Made by a program: the position numbers and the translations under genes. The notes beneath the pieces were generated by a model. The model was not told where the DNA came from. It saw only the letters and a list, made by a program, of their open reading frames with translations, and did not search any database. Source: Nageia nagi (taxonomy: Eukaryota > Plantae > Pinophyta). Taken from it: a DNA stretch of 64,000 bases. The stretch spans positions 179,986,001-180,050,000 of the forward strand of contig JBITNC010000001.1 of assembly GCA_050084985.1 (NCBI GenBank). The letters run 5' to 3'. The first letter of the stretch is position 1, and the number at the start of each line of letters is the position of its first letter. Positions 40,617-54,040 of the stretch are shown in pieces.

Positions 40617-40984
40617 GGGTTACAAGGCAAAGTTGGTTAAGTTTGAGATGCCAAGAGTTGGGAAGAGAAGAAGACAAGTGGCAAGCATGCACCTTGCCAT
40701 ACATTCACCCTCAATGCATCTCATATAAAAGGAAAGCAGTTTTCATTTAGTGTGTTGGACGTCCTGCAACCCAAACCTACACATTTGGTTCTTTCCTGCT
40801 ACACCCTTCACAGCATCCAAGCTTGTCCTTAGGTCCTTCCAGGGGCATTTTCAAATAATCCTGCATGGCTTCCACTATTAGACCTCCTCCATCAAGAGCC
40901 AGGAAAATTCAAGGACAATTGTTTGAGAGACATGTGACTAAAAACCAGATGGCCCGGCTTTCGAAAGAAAGTTTGATTGAATTT

Positions 40985-40987
<3 letters not shown>

Positions 40988-41031
<44 letters not shown>

Positions 41032-41035
41032 GAGA
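40988..41035. repeat. (GA)n microsatellite
   Basis: Direct inspection. Confidence 0.95.
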
Positions 41036-41360
41036 AACCAGAGCTCCCTGAAGCCAAATTTAAAGGGAGATACATCTTTGTTGGTGATATAAACTGGGAA
41101 AACTTGGACCCCATCCAGACTTTAGCCTCTACTGCCTCCATCAATAAGGAGTACATATCAAAAGAGCTTATCCACACTTGTGGCTTGTTCAATGCCACTA
41201 TGATGCCTTTTGCAGTACCTTTTCCTGATTTGTGCTATGAGGTAGCCAGGAGATGTGCATACGACAAGAGAGTCCTACAGGACACAGAGGGAAATGTAAT
41301 TATGGACTTCTCCCCTGTTGGAATTGAAGCAGCCTTTGGTTGGAAAAGGTATGGGGACGA

Positions 41361-41448
41361 CTACACACTAGCATATTCTGAGGAGTTCCATGATTCCATA
41401 GCCTCTACACACTAGCATATTCTGAGGAGTTCCATGATTCCATAGCCT
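41361..41448. repeat. Perfect 44-bp tandem duplication
   Basis: CTACACACTAGCATATTCTGAGGAGTTCCATGATTCCATAGCCT twice. Confidence 0.95.
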
Positions 41449-44400
41449 GGCCTGGGGACTACATTCGACCATGGTTACTTGAAGATTATCAGAATCTTCA
41501 GAGCCAAAGGCTGATCAACACTCGTATAGAGGATTTTTTGCCTGTTGTGGCCAAGCTGATCACTCTTTTGTCTAAGGTCACTGGTCAAGAAAATGATACT
41601 AAGTATAGAAGGGAGTTTACGAGCTTCATTGCGGTTATTAGCTCGAAGAGAGCTATCCGATGGGCTGGGGTAATCAGTGATGCCCTACACCAACAGTTAG
41701 CTTATTTTGGCTCCTCGAAGAGATTCTACATGAATTCCTATCTTGTGTACTTGTTATTGCATGGCAAGGTCAGGTCTAAGGAGTTGGCTGATGAAAGATA
41801 TTTAGAACAAAAGAGCACCCCCATGTGGCGAGCTTATCCAAAGTGGTGGTACCCAAACAAGTTCCAGAATTTCTGTGACAGAATTGGTATGATATCTACA
41901 AAGATATCAAAGGGGAGTCAATGGTGAAGAGAATTTTTGATGCAGTCGTCCAAGCCATCAGTGTACATGTAGATATCTTCCTGCAGAATGCTGACCATAC
42001 ATTCATCAGAGCCTATGGCTCAAAAAGAGCGACCCTTGCTCCTACCAAGATATGCCAGCGACAGACTCATCCTCATGGAGTTTGCTAAGCAACTCTTGTT
42101 CTTTAAAGAGAAAGTTTGGAAGAAGAAGAATGCGACCATTAACTTGGCTATCTGAATTGCAAGGTATGTGTGTCAGACGTGGGTTGACGTAGCTAGAATG
42201 AAGGAGCTGCAACAGTATGCCTTCTCCAAAAAGGCAACAGCGAGAAACTATGATCCTAGAAATAATTGCACATTTCTACAGCACTACATTCCACAAACCT
42301 ATCGCTTTTCAGCATAAATCTTTGGAGAGTGTGGAGAAGTATTGAAACGTGCAAGATGAGGAGATTGCAAAGATAAATGCTCTCCTGAGCAAGAAAAAGG
42401 CTCCCCTCCAGGTAGAGAAACCACCTCAGAAACCCCGAACTACTAAATCTAGATCTACAGAGGTCCCTCTCAGGATCGAGTCATCTCTTCCTTTTGTTCG
42501 AATTGCACCACCACCAGTTAAGGCACCCTTGCTTCCTGTTGGAAGGAGGCAAGAGGCTCCGAGGGAGCACATTCCAGGCCCTAGCAAGCGTAGTGTAGTA
42601 ATGGCTGATCTCAAGGATGCTGGCTATCATACTATCCCCTCGAATGTACTGGATGAGGCTTGTGCCAGTGATTCGCCCATAAAAGAGGTCCCTTCCAGAC
42701 CCACTTGTTCTTCTGGATGTAGGGAGAAGGTTCCCCCTTTGCAACCAAGTTCTACTTCCAGTTTTGAACATCCCACTTCCTCCTCCAATGAAGAGACTGA
42801 TGAAGAACCCGACTGTAAACTAGAAGACTCCGGAGAAGAGTCAAAAAGCCGTGGTGAAAGAGAAGAAGAAGAGGAAGATGATGATGATGCTACCGATTAA
42901 AAAGATGTAGCTATACGTGCCTTTGCACTCGATGAGACGGAGATTGAAACTCTTCCAGATGAAAATGAGATAGTGCACGTTGGAACCTATGATGATGAGG
43001 TCCAGATCGTTGGAGATAGGTGTACTAGAGAGGTGGGTGCTTCCAAACCCTCTCTTGCCAAGCATAGGAAAAGGTCCCCTTCTTCATAAAAACCCTCTAC
43101 AAAGAGAACGAGCCATGAAAGGTGCCCCTAGCCACGGAATAAAGGCATATCTATAGGTGGCGATGGAGGAGATGAAGAGGATGAAGGAGAGATTGAGGAA
43201 CAAAAGAAGAAGAGAAGGTAGGAAGAGCACCAAGGCAAGGAGATTACCTTAGTTCAGACCACTCCAGCAAAAGAGGTCAAGAAGATCAACAAAGGACGAT
43301 TGTTGGTACAGAGGTTTCCTCCCCAGCCAACGCATCCAAATCTTGACCTAGATGCCTGCCTTAGAGCCCTCAGCATAATTACAGCTCATGATGAAGACAT
43401 AGACCAAGATCTACGCTCTAAAAATGAGGAAGAGGAGCTTTTAGATGGTTAAAAGATTTGAAGGGTTGATACATTTGTCTCCACCTCCCGAAAGGAAATC
43501 TCCATCAGCCATTGCTATTCAAAGGAGAAACATCCTCAAAGAGCAAAAGATTATGTTATCGAGACATTTAAGATGCTTGTGAAACTATGATTGACAACCT
43601 GTAAACATAGTCACTCAAAACGTTGCAGTCGTGGAGAAAGAGGGGTACGAAGCCAAGAAGGAGGTGAAAAGGCTGAAAAGGGAACTCACGGCCAGCAAGA
43701 AGATCATCAAGGAGTTCTAGAAGGTCAATACCACCCCTCAGATCTACAGAAGCAGACCTCCTTCCATGAGAGATGGGATTTGATGAAAAGAGTAGCTGAA
43801 GAAAGAAATGATGGAGGCTATCGAGAGATTGTCTTCTCGAATTTACAAGCTCCTTGCTGAAGGTGTGGAAATCAGGGACCTTAAGACACAAATATCAACA
43901 CACCTTAGCACATTGAATGGCCATTTTCCCAACGTCTCCCATCTGCAACATGTTTACGCTGACAATCCTAAGAAGTTAGTCTATTGCCACAAGTTCACAT
44001 ACCACCACAATTGGTTGAATCATGCACTCGAAAAGTGTAACGCAGTCTTGAAGCTCATAATCCCCTTGAGATTGGAGGTCGAGGAACAGATGAGTTACTA
44101 TGCCTATCAGCTAAAGTTCCAAGGGGAGGACAACAATGTGAGAAAGAAGGAGGTGGTATTGGTAGAGGCTCAGAACATGATATAGGAGCATCTAGACATC
44201 GATGATCTCAATTTGCTGAAGGCAGGGCATCCTATCGACCGCAAAAGGCGGATGGTCATCTAGAGGCACTAGATGCAGGCTACATCTAAGAAGATAGAGG
44301 ACTACTTTCCGTAGAATGGTAGCACCATCGGTATGATTTCCGGGGGCATGCGGAAGACTGTGACATTCTTGGAGGAGACCATTGAATCGTACGATCTCAC

Positions 44401-46634
44401 CAACAAGGAGTGGAACTCCGCCAGTACCGAATCAAATCTTGCCTAAGTCTGATCCACTCACAGATTTACTTTGTGATATTTGTTCTTTTGTTTAAATGCA
44501 TATTTGATGGTGGTTGTTATGTTAGATTCTATTTACTTGATTTGACTGGTGCAAGGATGAGTTTTTGCTCCCGCCGGGTCAATCTATCAGACTCATTTAT
44601 GACTCTGATCGATGCAGGGATGAGGTTTTGCCCCCGCCGGTTCAGATGTCAAACTTTTCATTGCATATTTGATTTGATTTTGAGTAGTTTAGAGGTAGAT
44701 TAAATGCACTCTAGTAGTGGCATTTATATTTTGTCAGACTTTTAAGTGCCACTTGCATCATTTCATGTGAACAATCTGATTTTGTATCGGTATGTGTGTT
44801 GCATGTGTGCACATCATATCAGATTTGATGCCCTTAGGTAAACACTTCTAGTGGCATATTTATACTCCATCATGGCCTTTTAGAAGAGGATTTGGCATTT
44901 GGGATTTTTGCATTTGGAATACTACTGATGTTGAGAATTTTACGCATATTTGCACATGTGAGACTCTGCATTTAATAGAAGTATTACATATTGAGGATCT
45001 TGCATTTCGAGATGTTGGTTTCAAACCTTTACATGTGTAAGATTCTTTGAGTTTGTTTAAAGCTTTTACATTCTGTTGCATAAAGGTTTGCTGCATAAGG
45101 GGTTCTATGCATGTTCATTATTGAATATCATTATGAATGTATTTCTTTTGTGGGATGAGATTATAAAGTTAATATTGTGAAGGATATCATTTGTGGGATC
45201 ATGCATATTTGAATAATTGTCCCCTTGGAGTTGCATATTGAATATTCATTGAAGTAGTTTGAGTCGTTCTTTGCATGGTTTGTACGTAAGTCGATGTATT
45301 CTAAGGCTCATAGCTTGTCTTTATACCATTCGATTAGGTTCCTATGCTCACACCTCACCTCATTCATTTCTTCCCACTGAGTCTTCCACTAAGACCCTAC
45401 AGCTTCTTGCTCTTGTCTAGTAGTGATTTGAGCACATATTGCTATTTGTTGCCCGACTTGATAGTGAGTACATTGACCTTAATGAATTTGAAGATGACCT
45501 GCAGAGACACTACATCACTGGTGATACCTTCATAAGTTCATCTTTCCCTGTATTCCTTGGCATTTATCCCTGTGTTTGTCCCTGCATTTGTGATCTTTCT
45601 TCGCTTTCATTCACATTTGTAGTCATTTCTCATTGTGGAGAAGAACTCTGGCGTTGTATTTCCCTTGTATACGGTTAACAACATGCATCTCTGACTATTG
45701 TGCCTTAAAGACCATATTCCATGTGAGAGGTTGGGGTAACCAGTCCTTTCAGGCGGAAACAAGTAACGTTGTTTCCTCCAAGTCTTGTGCATGTTTTGGA
45801 CTAGGAAAGAAAAACATACCAACAGGTACCACTTCAAAAGATACTTTTTCAGGTCTAAAACTAGGATACCATTTTTTCAAATGTAAACCACTTTTACCGA
45901 ACCACCAAGGTCCATTTTCCAGTACCCATTCCATGTCTTCTTCAACATTAAACTCACAAATCAGGAAGTCACATGAGAGGGTTCCCATTTCTACATTTCC
46001 TTTAATGATCCAATTTTCTTTGATCCATTTTCTGACATTTTCCAGCACTAGTCTGGATCCCATAAATTTCCCAACCAGAGACAGCCTTCTTGTTTCATCT
46101 ATTTTCGATGTCAGCTCATCAAGCATAATTATTTTGGACATATCTTGTCATATTCAACTTTTTGGATATCTACGGGTACTCCTATGCTTAGTTTGGGCAT
46201 TCCGTTTTTGGTTTTTAAAGTCCAGAATCCGAGAGGGTTCCCCCCCAGGAAGGTTTGGGGTCCATGGTTTTGTTGCTTACCTGCTAATCACATGTGCTGT
46301 CTGATCTGTCCTGATCCCCTTCATTTGGGGATTCTCTGTTCATGGGCTTCATTCTCCCTTCTTCCCACCCCTTAAAATTTGAAATCGCCCGCTCCTGTAA
46401 ACTAACAATATGGCAACCATAGAGTTTCTGATTATTTACAATATGAAGAATCTGTATGTATACCCACTGACTGATGCAACAGCAAATATTAGAAGTTGGA
46501 ACTAATCAGATATCTCTGTCATTATATAGTATAGCTGCAATTGGAAATGATGCTTCTTAGTTTGATTTTCAGCTTGCTCAGTTAAGTACAAGTACATGAT
46601 TATTTTTTTCTCAGATGAAAGCCTGATCTAAGAT

Positions 46635-46755
46635 GTTTTTCCTTCATGCCTAGCTGGGAAGGAAAAGCTTTAGTGAGCTTTCTACATTAGTTTATATTTT
46701 TCCTTATGCCTGGATGGGAAGGAAAAGTTTTATATAAGCCTTCTGCATTAGTTTG
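46635..46755. repeat. Diverged ~61-bp tandem duplication
   Basis: TTTTTCCTT..ATGCCT..GGGAAGGAAAAG..CATTAGTTT twice. Confidence 0.75.
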
Positions 46756-48044
46756 AGTCTGTATAGTATAACTCTGATTTTCTTCCAAGTAACCTATTCC
46801 ACCAGATGAATATGCCTTTGCAGAGAAATAAAAATGTAAAATACTTATCAGCATATATCAGCCTTCTTACAAAAAGAATGGCATACCAAGAGATCCATCA
46901 AAATCATAACAAATTGGCAGGACTGGAAATCCCATGGGATCAAGTCATTTACAGAGTTGCAGTATGCAGCAGGGTTTCTAGTATACTAAATTGTTGATGA
47001 CCAGCAATAGACAATCAAAAGAGTTATGGTTGGAAGATTATATAACTTTGTTTCTTGTTGCTTGTAAACAGCTACAGTTTAGAAGATAGACGACTAATGT
47101 GTTAGTCATAACCTCTCGGATGCTATGAATGTAGCAGTCAAAATTAATTAGCATTTAGTCAGCATTCACTTCCTAAAATCCATACACATAGTTAAATAAC
47201 CATATTGAAATTCTTATAAGAAAGGACAGTTAGTATTCAGTTAGATTAAGGTTCCACGCATATGATGAGCATTCAATCAAGACTTTGGTTATAGTTTTAT
47301 GAAATTGATTAGTCAAGGAAGATAAGTCCAACCAAACTTCCCTTTTCTATCTCCTACCCTCCTTTACTGTAAGAAAGTTGAAGTGTAATCAATTACGGAG
47401 TGTCTTTACTGTTTTCTAGTGAAGAAGGAACTGTTTCTTGGAAAAATTTATAGCTTCCCCGTGTAAGAGTGGCTCAATGAAGAGCTTGGGTTGTTCTATC
47501 TATTGGTGGTACAAGAACAAAGTTCTCTTATTCTGTTTGTTAGAAATGCATTTATATTTTCTACAAAAATCGAAAAACATTTTTTGCAAATTTAGAAATC
47601 AGATTCATGGATATTTTAATTTTCATTCCATACTACGTAATATTCTTTGCAATGATTGTTTTCAGATTTAGACTCATATCAGTAGTATCAAAACCTTGAT
47701 TCCTCTAGCCTCTGCCTCGAAATATTCTATCTATCATGGATTCTAAAAGAGTGGGAAAAGATGATATTAGACTATTTGTGCGAGGATGTTTCAATCTTTG
47801 GCTCATAGTATAAGGAAGATTATTCAAACCATGCATTTATTACTGCAAAAGAGGAGAAACAAATCTTCGTCAGATAATTTTATACCCAATGCTGAGATGC
47901 TACACATTAAACCAACCAGATTGAAATGAGATGCTTTGATTCATCATCCACAATATCATTCTCCTATAAAGAAGAATCTTGGAGGAGAGAAAAGGCCAAT
48001 GCTTATATCCAAACAAAACAGAAAAATGAGGTAATTCAGGAACT

Positions 48045-49291
48045 TGTAATGAGCTGAACTAGGGCTCATCTAATTATGGCTTAATAAATTCTGAAATAAA
48101 TTGCTAAATTCACCAAAATTACCAAATCAACCAATTATGCCAAAATAATGCTTGAATAAATTCTCTAAAATTAGGGCAAACCACAATGAGGCACAACAAT
48201 TGCTTAAAACACCATAAATCGTGCCTTAAAAATGGACGAACCATGCATGGTCAGGAATACTGAAAATAATACTATCCAATGCACTAGATCTCGATAATTA
48301 CTCAAGACGGAGATGTGTCAATGCCAAATAATTGAGTAAGCCAAGAGAAATGAGTTACAAGCCTCAAAGAGCAAGAATGATGCCCTAGAAATGTGATGTC
48401 GTAGCCACGGGGCTAAATTCAGCACTTCGAGGTCTCAAGCTGGCATGGAATGGGCTCTCCAATTTGGACGACCTTCCAAAAGACTCAAGGTTTCTCCTAG
48501 GGTATGACATACAAGCAGCAGTGGTGAATCTCAACAGTAGGGAAGCTCTAGCGCTTTGCAATAATTAGCAGCAATGGTGGATCTCAACAGTAGCGAAGCT
48601 CTAGCGCTTTGCAGTAATTAACAACAATAGTATGGATCCCAGATGGATCTCCTCAATAGTAGTGGAGAGAACCCTCTCAAGGTTCCATGACTCCGCAACA
48701 GTAGTGATGGAGTGAACCCTCGCAAGATTCCAAGACTCCGCAGCAATAGTGATGGAGTGAACCCTCGCAAGAGTCTAGGACTCTGCAATAATGGTGGCAG
48801 AAATAAGCCAATAGAATCGCCTCCAATCTCCTCCAAGACCTTCCTTGCGATGGCAAGTGGGAAAGAGAGCTTGCGCCCACAAAATAATTAATCCAAGCAT
48901 GCCTAATGACATGAAATGCTCTTCCTTAAATAGGCTCCTTAGCCTCTCTATCTAGAAGTTTCTATGAGTCCATTGGGATCCCAAAAATAACATCCAAGGG
49001 GATCAATTCACCTTTGGGATTGGGATGTCCCATTATGGGAGTCATAATACATCATTGGGATTAAAAATTTATCTTTAATGGCCACTAATGGGCCCTCTAC
49101 ATGGTGCGTTCCAAATGGGGCTTTTTTATTACTCCTAGAAAATACAAATTTGCCTTGAGATCATGCATTACAAATATTTGGGCATTATTAGTAGCCCACC
49201 TATTATAAAATATAAAATACTCTAATTAAATAAAGATCACTCCTAAATATAATAAATTGCTACTACACATCCCTAAGAGAGGGACATCACG
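48045..49291 (-). mobile_element. Probable solo LTR with internal 45-54 bp tandem repeats (48515-48790)
   Basis: Right end GGGACATCAC equals (T)GTGATGTCCC on the minus strand. Repeats GAAGCTCTAGCGCTTTGCA x2 and GGAGTGAACCCTCGCAAG x2-3. Left end uncertain. Confidence 0.55.
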
Positions 49292-50691
49292 TTCAAAGTG
49301 GTCAAATAGAAGAGAATTGTGGATTCCCGTTGCAATGTCCCTATCTTGGATGCCCCATTTTACGATAGGAATTTTAAACTTTTAATTAAGTTTTATAAAA
49401 TTTAAATATGGCATGAGGTAATGGACATCCCATTTATGGGAATAATATAATTTTATTTTATGAAGTTAAGTTATGATTTTAGCATGTGCTCAATTAGATA
49501 AGTTAAGTGGAGGCATAATGGAAAATTATAACATTGAGTATAAAAGGAGAAGTGAACTTATTTTCATTCATTCTTGATTAATATTACTTGTATATTGGAT
49601 GGAGAGAGTTGTTGGACCAGCATGCTTCCCATTTGCTTCTGCAGATGAAAACCTACAGAGGAACAAGTATTCAAGGATGAAAACCCTTGGATTTTTTAGA
49701 GAGCAAGGACGAAAAACCCTTTTGCTCTTTTGAGGTGGATTCATCCAGACTTCACATTGAGGCTGATTGTATTGTTGGGTCTTAAGGGTGTTGAGATAGA
49801 GATCAGATCAAAAAAACTAAGGATCAAATTTCCAGAATTCCAAATTCAGAGATTTGAAGATTGAGATCAGATCTGAGATTGTGACCAGATTTGAAGATCA
49901 GATATTGCAGGTTTTGATTAGATTTAAAGGTGGAGATAAGATCTAAAGTTTGCAATCAGTTTTGCAAGGTTTAAGATCAAATTTGAAGGTATATAATCAG
50001 ATATGATGGGTTGAGATCAGATCTGCAAATTTATAACCAGATTTGAAATCTGTAAGCAAATCTGCAAGTTTTGACTCCATATCTCAGGCATCCAGCATTT
50101 GACACTAATCTTTAGTTTCTTCTTGAGGGTTTGCGTCATTGTTCCAGGTGCACCACTCTTATTTGTAGTGATCTGCAATAAGGGTTGATTTGTATTGGTA
50201 TATTAGTCATTATAGCTAGGGCTTGTGTTAGATCTGCATTCCTAGATTCTAGATCAAGGGTTTTCATTTGTAGATTTGGATTGTACTTGTCGTTTTCAAA
50301 TCAATAAATCTGTTGTTGAAGTAGATCTGCAAATTTCTATGATTTTTTGAACTTATTTTCAGTTATTATTTCAGATCTAAAAACCAGGGCACCAATTTAA
50401 GTAGATCTGGTCATTACTGCATTATTTCTGTTTTTTTCCTAATTTGGTTCTTTACAATGGTATCAGAGATGGTTTCCTACCAGCCTGTGATTAGATTTGG
50501 ATAAATCTGACATTATTCTAAGGAGATCTGGTAGATCTATTATTATTCTAAGTAGATTTGATAGATCTAGCATTATCCTGAATAGATCTGTTAGATTTGG
50601 CATTATCCCAAGCAGATCTGCTAGATCTAGCAAAATTCTGAAGTAGATCTACTTATTTCAGTACTATTTTTGTGAAGCCAGCCAGAGAATC

Positions 50692-53600
50692 ATGAGATTT
50701 CCATTTTATAGGCCTGCCAAGCCTATTTTTATTCAAAAACAAACGGCAAATCCAGATCATATATCCTCTGCAGAATTGTATGCCCTATTTTTGGGGTATC
50801 AAGGTAAATCGGGTAATTTTAAAACTACAATTGCCTTTGAGAAATATTTGGAATATATTGGGAAAAAAGCCAACAAGAAATATCTACAACAACTACTCAT
50901 CACATTTGGGCTTGCACAACCAATAAATCATGATGAAAAAGAAAGGAAAGCAAAGAATTTTGAAGATATGATCAGAAGCATTCAAAGGGATAAAGAGAGA
51001 ATGATGGAGCTGATGTTGCGCATACAAAGTGACATACATTAGACCAACTTTATCAGGGGACATGTCCTCCCCTTTTTTTTCCTTCATTTCCCTGTCCCTT
51101 ACGTCCCCAAGACTAGGGGATGCCTCAATGGATGTTTCCCCACCATCCCCTTTTTAGGTCGTACGGAAGGGACATCTTTGGGATGATTTCCTAAAACCTG
51201 AGGATGTTTCCTTTTAAAATTTCCAAATAGGGACGACTGGGGGATGGCTAATCGTCCCCTCCTCCCCGCTCTTGCCAGCATTGCACACTAAAAAAAATCC
51301 TCAACTTTTTTTTTTATTTTTTTTCATAAACCTTAGGGCGGTGGGTCCCACAAGGGTTTCCACCCCTCCAACCCTAAAAACATGCCCTTATATTTACAGT
51401 ACAATTATTTTTTCATTTACACTTATTTGTCATTTTTGACTTATTTGACAAATTCATTTCAAAGACTATGTTTTTGGGCCTTAGCATATTCAAACTTAAT
51501 GGCATTATGATTATTGACTTTGATTATTAGACTATATTTATGGCTCATTATGATTTATCATTTATGATTCAGATTTCTGATTTTTATTTTATAATCATGT
51601 TACATGTTACTTGTTAGTATGTTAGTAGTTAAAGATTTTAATTTTCAAAGTATGTTACATATTTGAATTGGTCCTTGGATGAATCATGAATGCTAATGAT
51701 GAATGAAACATTGAAACTATATCTAATATCTACTTTTCTTAAATCTGAATATTCTGGAGATTTTTTAGTATATATATATACTTGTTGTCTCCTCGTGTTT
51801 CCTAAAATCAAGTCGTCATCCCTACTGTCCCTGGGGACTCATCCCCCAGTCCGTGACAACCTTGCATCAGATGTTCCCTATTGCACCATAAGCCATACCT
51901 CTACAAACACCTCATCATGTAGCCACATCATCTCATGCAGCCCAAGATGAGAAGTCAATCAGATCTGCAGAACATAGTCAAACAACAATTGACAAAAAAA
52001 GAAGTGACTTTTGAAGGATTACAGATTTCAGGACTTCATCACAGATGCAAGAATTGGTTGAAAGGAGAGCAGCGTTGTTACACATGTCAATAGGCTTGGA
52101 CTCTTGGTCACATACGTGGAAACAACAAACCAAATGCCTTAGTGCAGCCTAGCCAAGATGAGGAGAAGAAAAAGACTGAGGCTTCAAAGGACATAGCTGC
52201 TGAAACAAAGCAGAAGGAAGCTGAGAAGTCTAAGGCTGAAAAAGATTTTGCATCAATAGAAATTGATCTGGACAAGCGCTTGAACTACACAGTTGAGGGC
52301 ATGGAGGTGACTGGGGTGTCAGTTGAGAAGGAAATTAAGTCTGTTTCTGATGTACCAAATCAAGAAAGAATTAAAAATGAAGCACATTCTCCGTTGCCAT
52401 TAGTAGAACCATCATCATCTGGAAAGAATGATGTGACTGCATCAGAAACAAGCTCAATATTACCATCAGATGCATGTGAACAAGAGAAAAGCGAGTCTTC
52501 AAAGAAGGTATTAGGCAATGAAACACAAATAGCAGCTCCCAAATATGGTTTAGATGGCCTTGCAAAATTTTCATATACAGCAGCCAAAAAGTTGAATGTG
52601 TGTATGCATTCTTCATCCCTAGTAATCAAAACGAAAGAAGAGTGCCCTGCAAGTTCAGGTGCAGAAACAAGCACAGAATCATTACATGGTCAGAATTATG
52701 ATCAAGATTACAATATTCAGATGGCAGTTGCTAAGCATGAACAGTTTGTTGAACCATGTCCTCAATCTCTTGAAAAGCTGCTTGATGTGCCTGAGAGGTT
52801 GGGAAGACAAAAACTGTTGGACACTTAATTGATGATGATGTGAATGAAAATGTGTTGCTATTTGCCATAGTGAGAACTTTCTTGCTGGTTTACGGAGTAT
52901 GAGAAGACCAATCATAAGAGATGGGCCACAACTCTTGCAGGTTTGCAGTCTAGTAAGGATAATTTTGTAAAAATCAACGAGAGGTTTCATTATAGCAGCA
53001 GTGATGTTAAAGATTGCACCACAGACAAGGAAATTTATATTGAAGGACAGGCAACATCAGGCATCTCAAATGGATACCCAGACTTTGACCAGTTAAAGCA
53101 GTCAGATTTCACAGTGCTTGTCAATTCTAATGTTTAGGTGGACCTGTAGCAGCTGGTGCAGCTAATATAGAAAATCAGCAAACACAGATGTTGCATTCAT
53201 GTGTTTTGAGGAATGATGCTGCTGAAAACACACTTGGATAGAACTTTAATCAGACAACCATTCAAGCAGCAAACACAGATTATTGCAAAGATGTAGGCAT
53301 TCAAGATTCGCATAATTATACTAGGATGGCTTCCTCAAAACTGAAGGTCATATTTAGCTACATGAAGGATATTATCTCAACTAATCATGTAATCTTAGCA
53401 AGTTCTTGTAGCCAGATGGCACCATGGATTTTTCAGAATATGTGCCAGAGTTTCCTCTTTACAAAAGTCCTTTAGATATGCGTAAATCATACAGGATTTT
53501 GAACTATGCTCAGCCATATTTGACTGTTGATGGCAACGCTGAGGTGGAAAATGTTGAGGATATATTCATCTTTTTGGTAGTAAAGGCTGTGAATTTTTGC

Positions 53601-54040
53601 TTGAATATGTTAGGAACAGCAAAACACAATCATGTTGGTTCAGTTCAAATACTTTCTATTGAGGATGGAGATTGCCATGTTAAATTTCTGGATTTAGGTT
53701 CCATTGGCATGCACATTCCAGCTGTTGACAGCGACACTTATTCCAATATAATTGTTTATCTTGGCTGTAGCAGATTTTCTCTACCAGGTATTGATGATAA
53801 TGAGATTGGAATCTCCAACCATTGTTTCAAATCTGCTCATTTTGTAGAAAAAGTTGCCATGAAAATGGAAGAGTATTTTATTATTGGCAAACAGTTTTTA
53901 TGGGGTAAAAATGAGAATTTGTTTCTGAAATCAGGAAAAGGAAATTATTGAAAGAGATTCTTACCAAATACCTGGTTCATTGGAAGGGATTTCCAGATTC
54001 AGTTTTCATTGTTTGAGGACAAGCAATTTTGGGAGGGGTG
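50692..54040 (+). pseudogene. Disrupted orphan ORF inside the non-autonomous LTR element
   Basis: Same-strand pieces 50692-51042, 52142-52828, 52943-53137 and 53424-53951. Ends at FEDKQFWEGW, which resembles the gypsy pol end overlapping the PPT. Confidence 0.6.
51045..51864. mobile_element. hAT-type MITE
   Basis: 8-bp TSD CATTAGAC (51037-51044) / CATCAGAT (51865-51872), 6/8 identical. Imperfect TIRs CAACTTTATCAGGG / CCGTGACAACCTTG. Many GGGGAC/GTCCCC subterminal motifs and an AT-rich core. Confidence 0.75.

Larger units (their letters stand above)
40865..44446 (+). pseudogene. Disrupted ~1150-1200 codon orphan gene of element C
   Basis: Pieces 40865-41092, 41104-41415, 41538-41927, 42349-42900, 43808-44185 and a tail ending ...WNSASTESNLA*. 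Broken by a (GA)n tract, a 44-bp duplication and point stops. Homologous to 15324-18527. Confidence 0.85.
39019..45824 (+). mobile_element. 6806-bp TGTTG...CAACA element of a divergent subfamily carrying the orphan gene; copy C
   Basis: Start TATTGTGCCTACACAACA, end AGGAAAGAAAAACATACCAACA. Perfect TSD GGTAC at 39014-39018 and 45825-45829. Excising it rejoins LINE ORF1 (FEVVP|ICITLPNLP). Confidence 0.92.
33310..46395 (-). mobile_element. L1-clade LINE, 3'-truncated, with ORF1 interrupted by two giant elements
   Basis: ORF1: DUF4283-like LVGKF..GPWWF..LKKWYP (45830-46141), LPNLPLDFW (38808-39013), Zn knuckle CTECKIFGHIGKDC (~36100). ORF2 follows on the same strand. Confidence 0.92.

Noticed and set aside
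45633-46304. 223-aa plus-strand ORF
   Set aside because: Antisense shadow of LINE ORF1 that runs across the element C junction.
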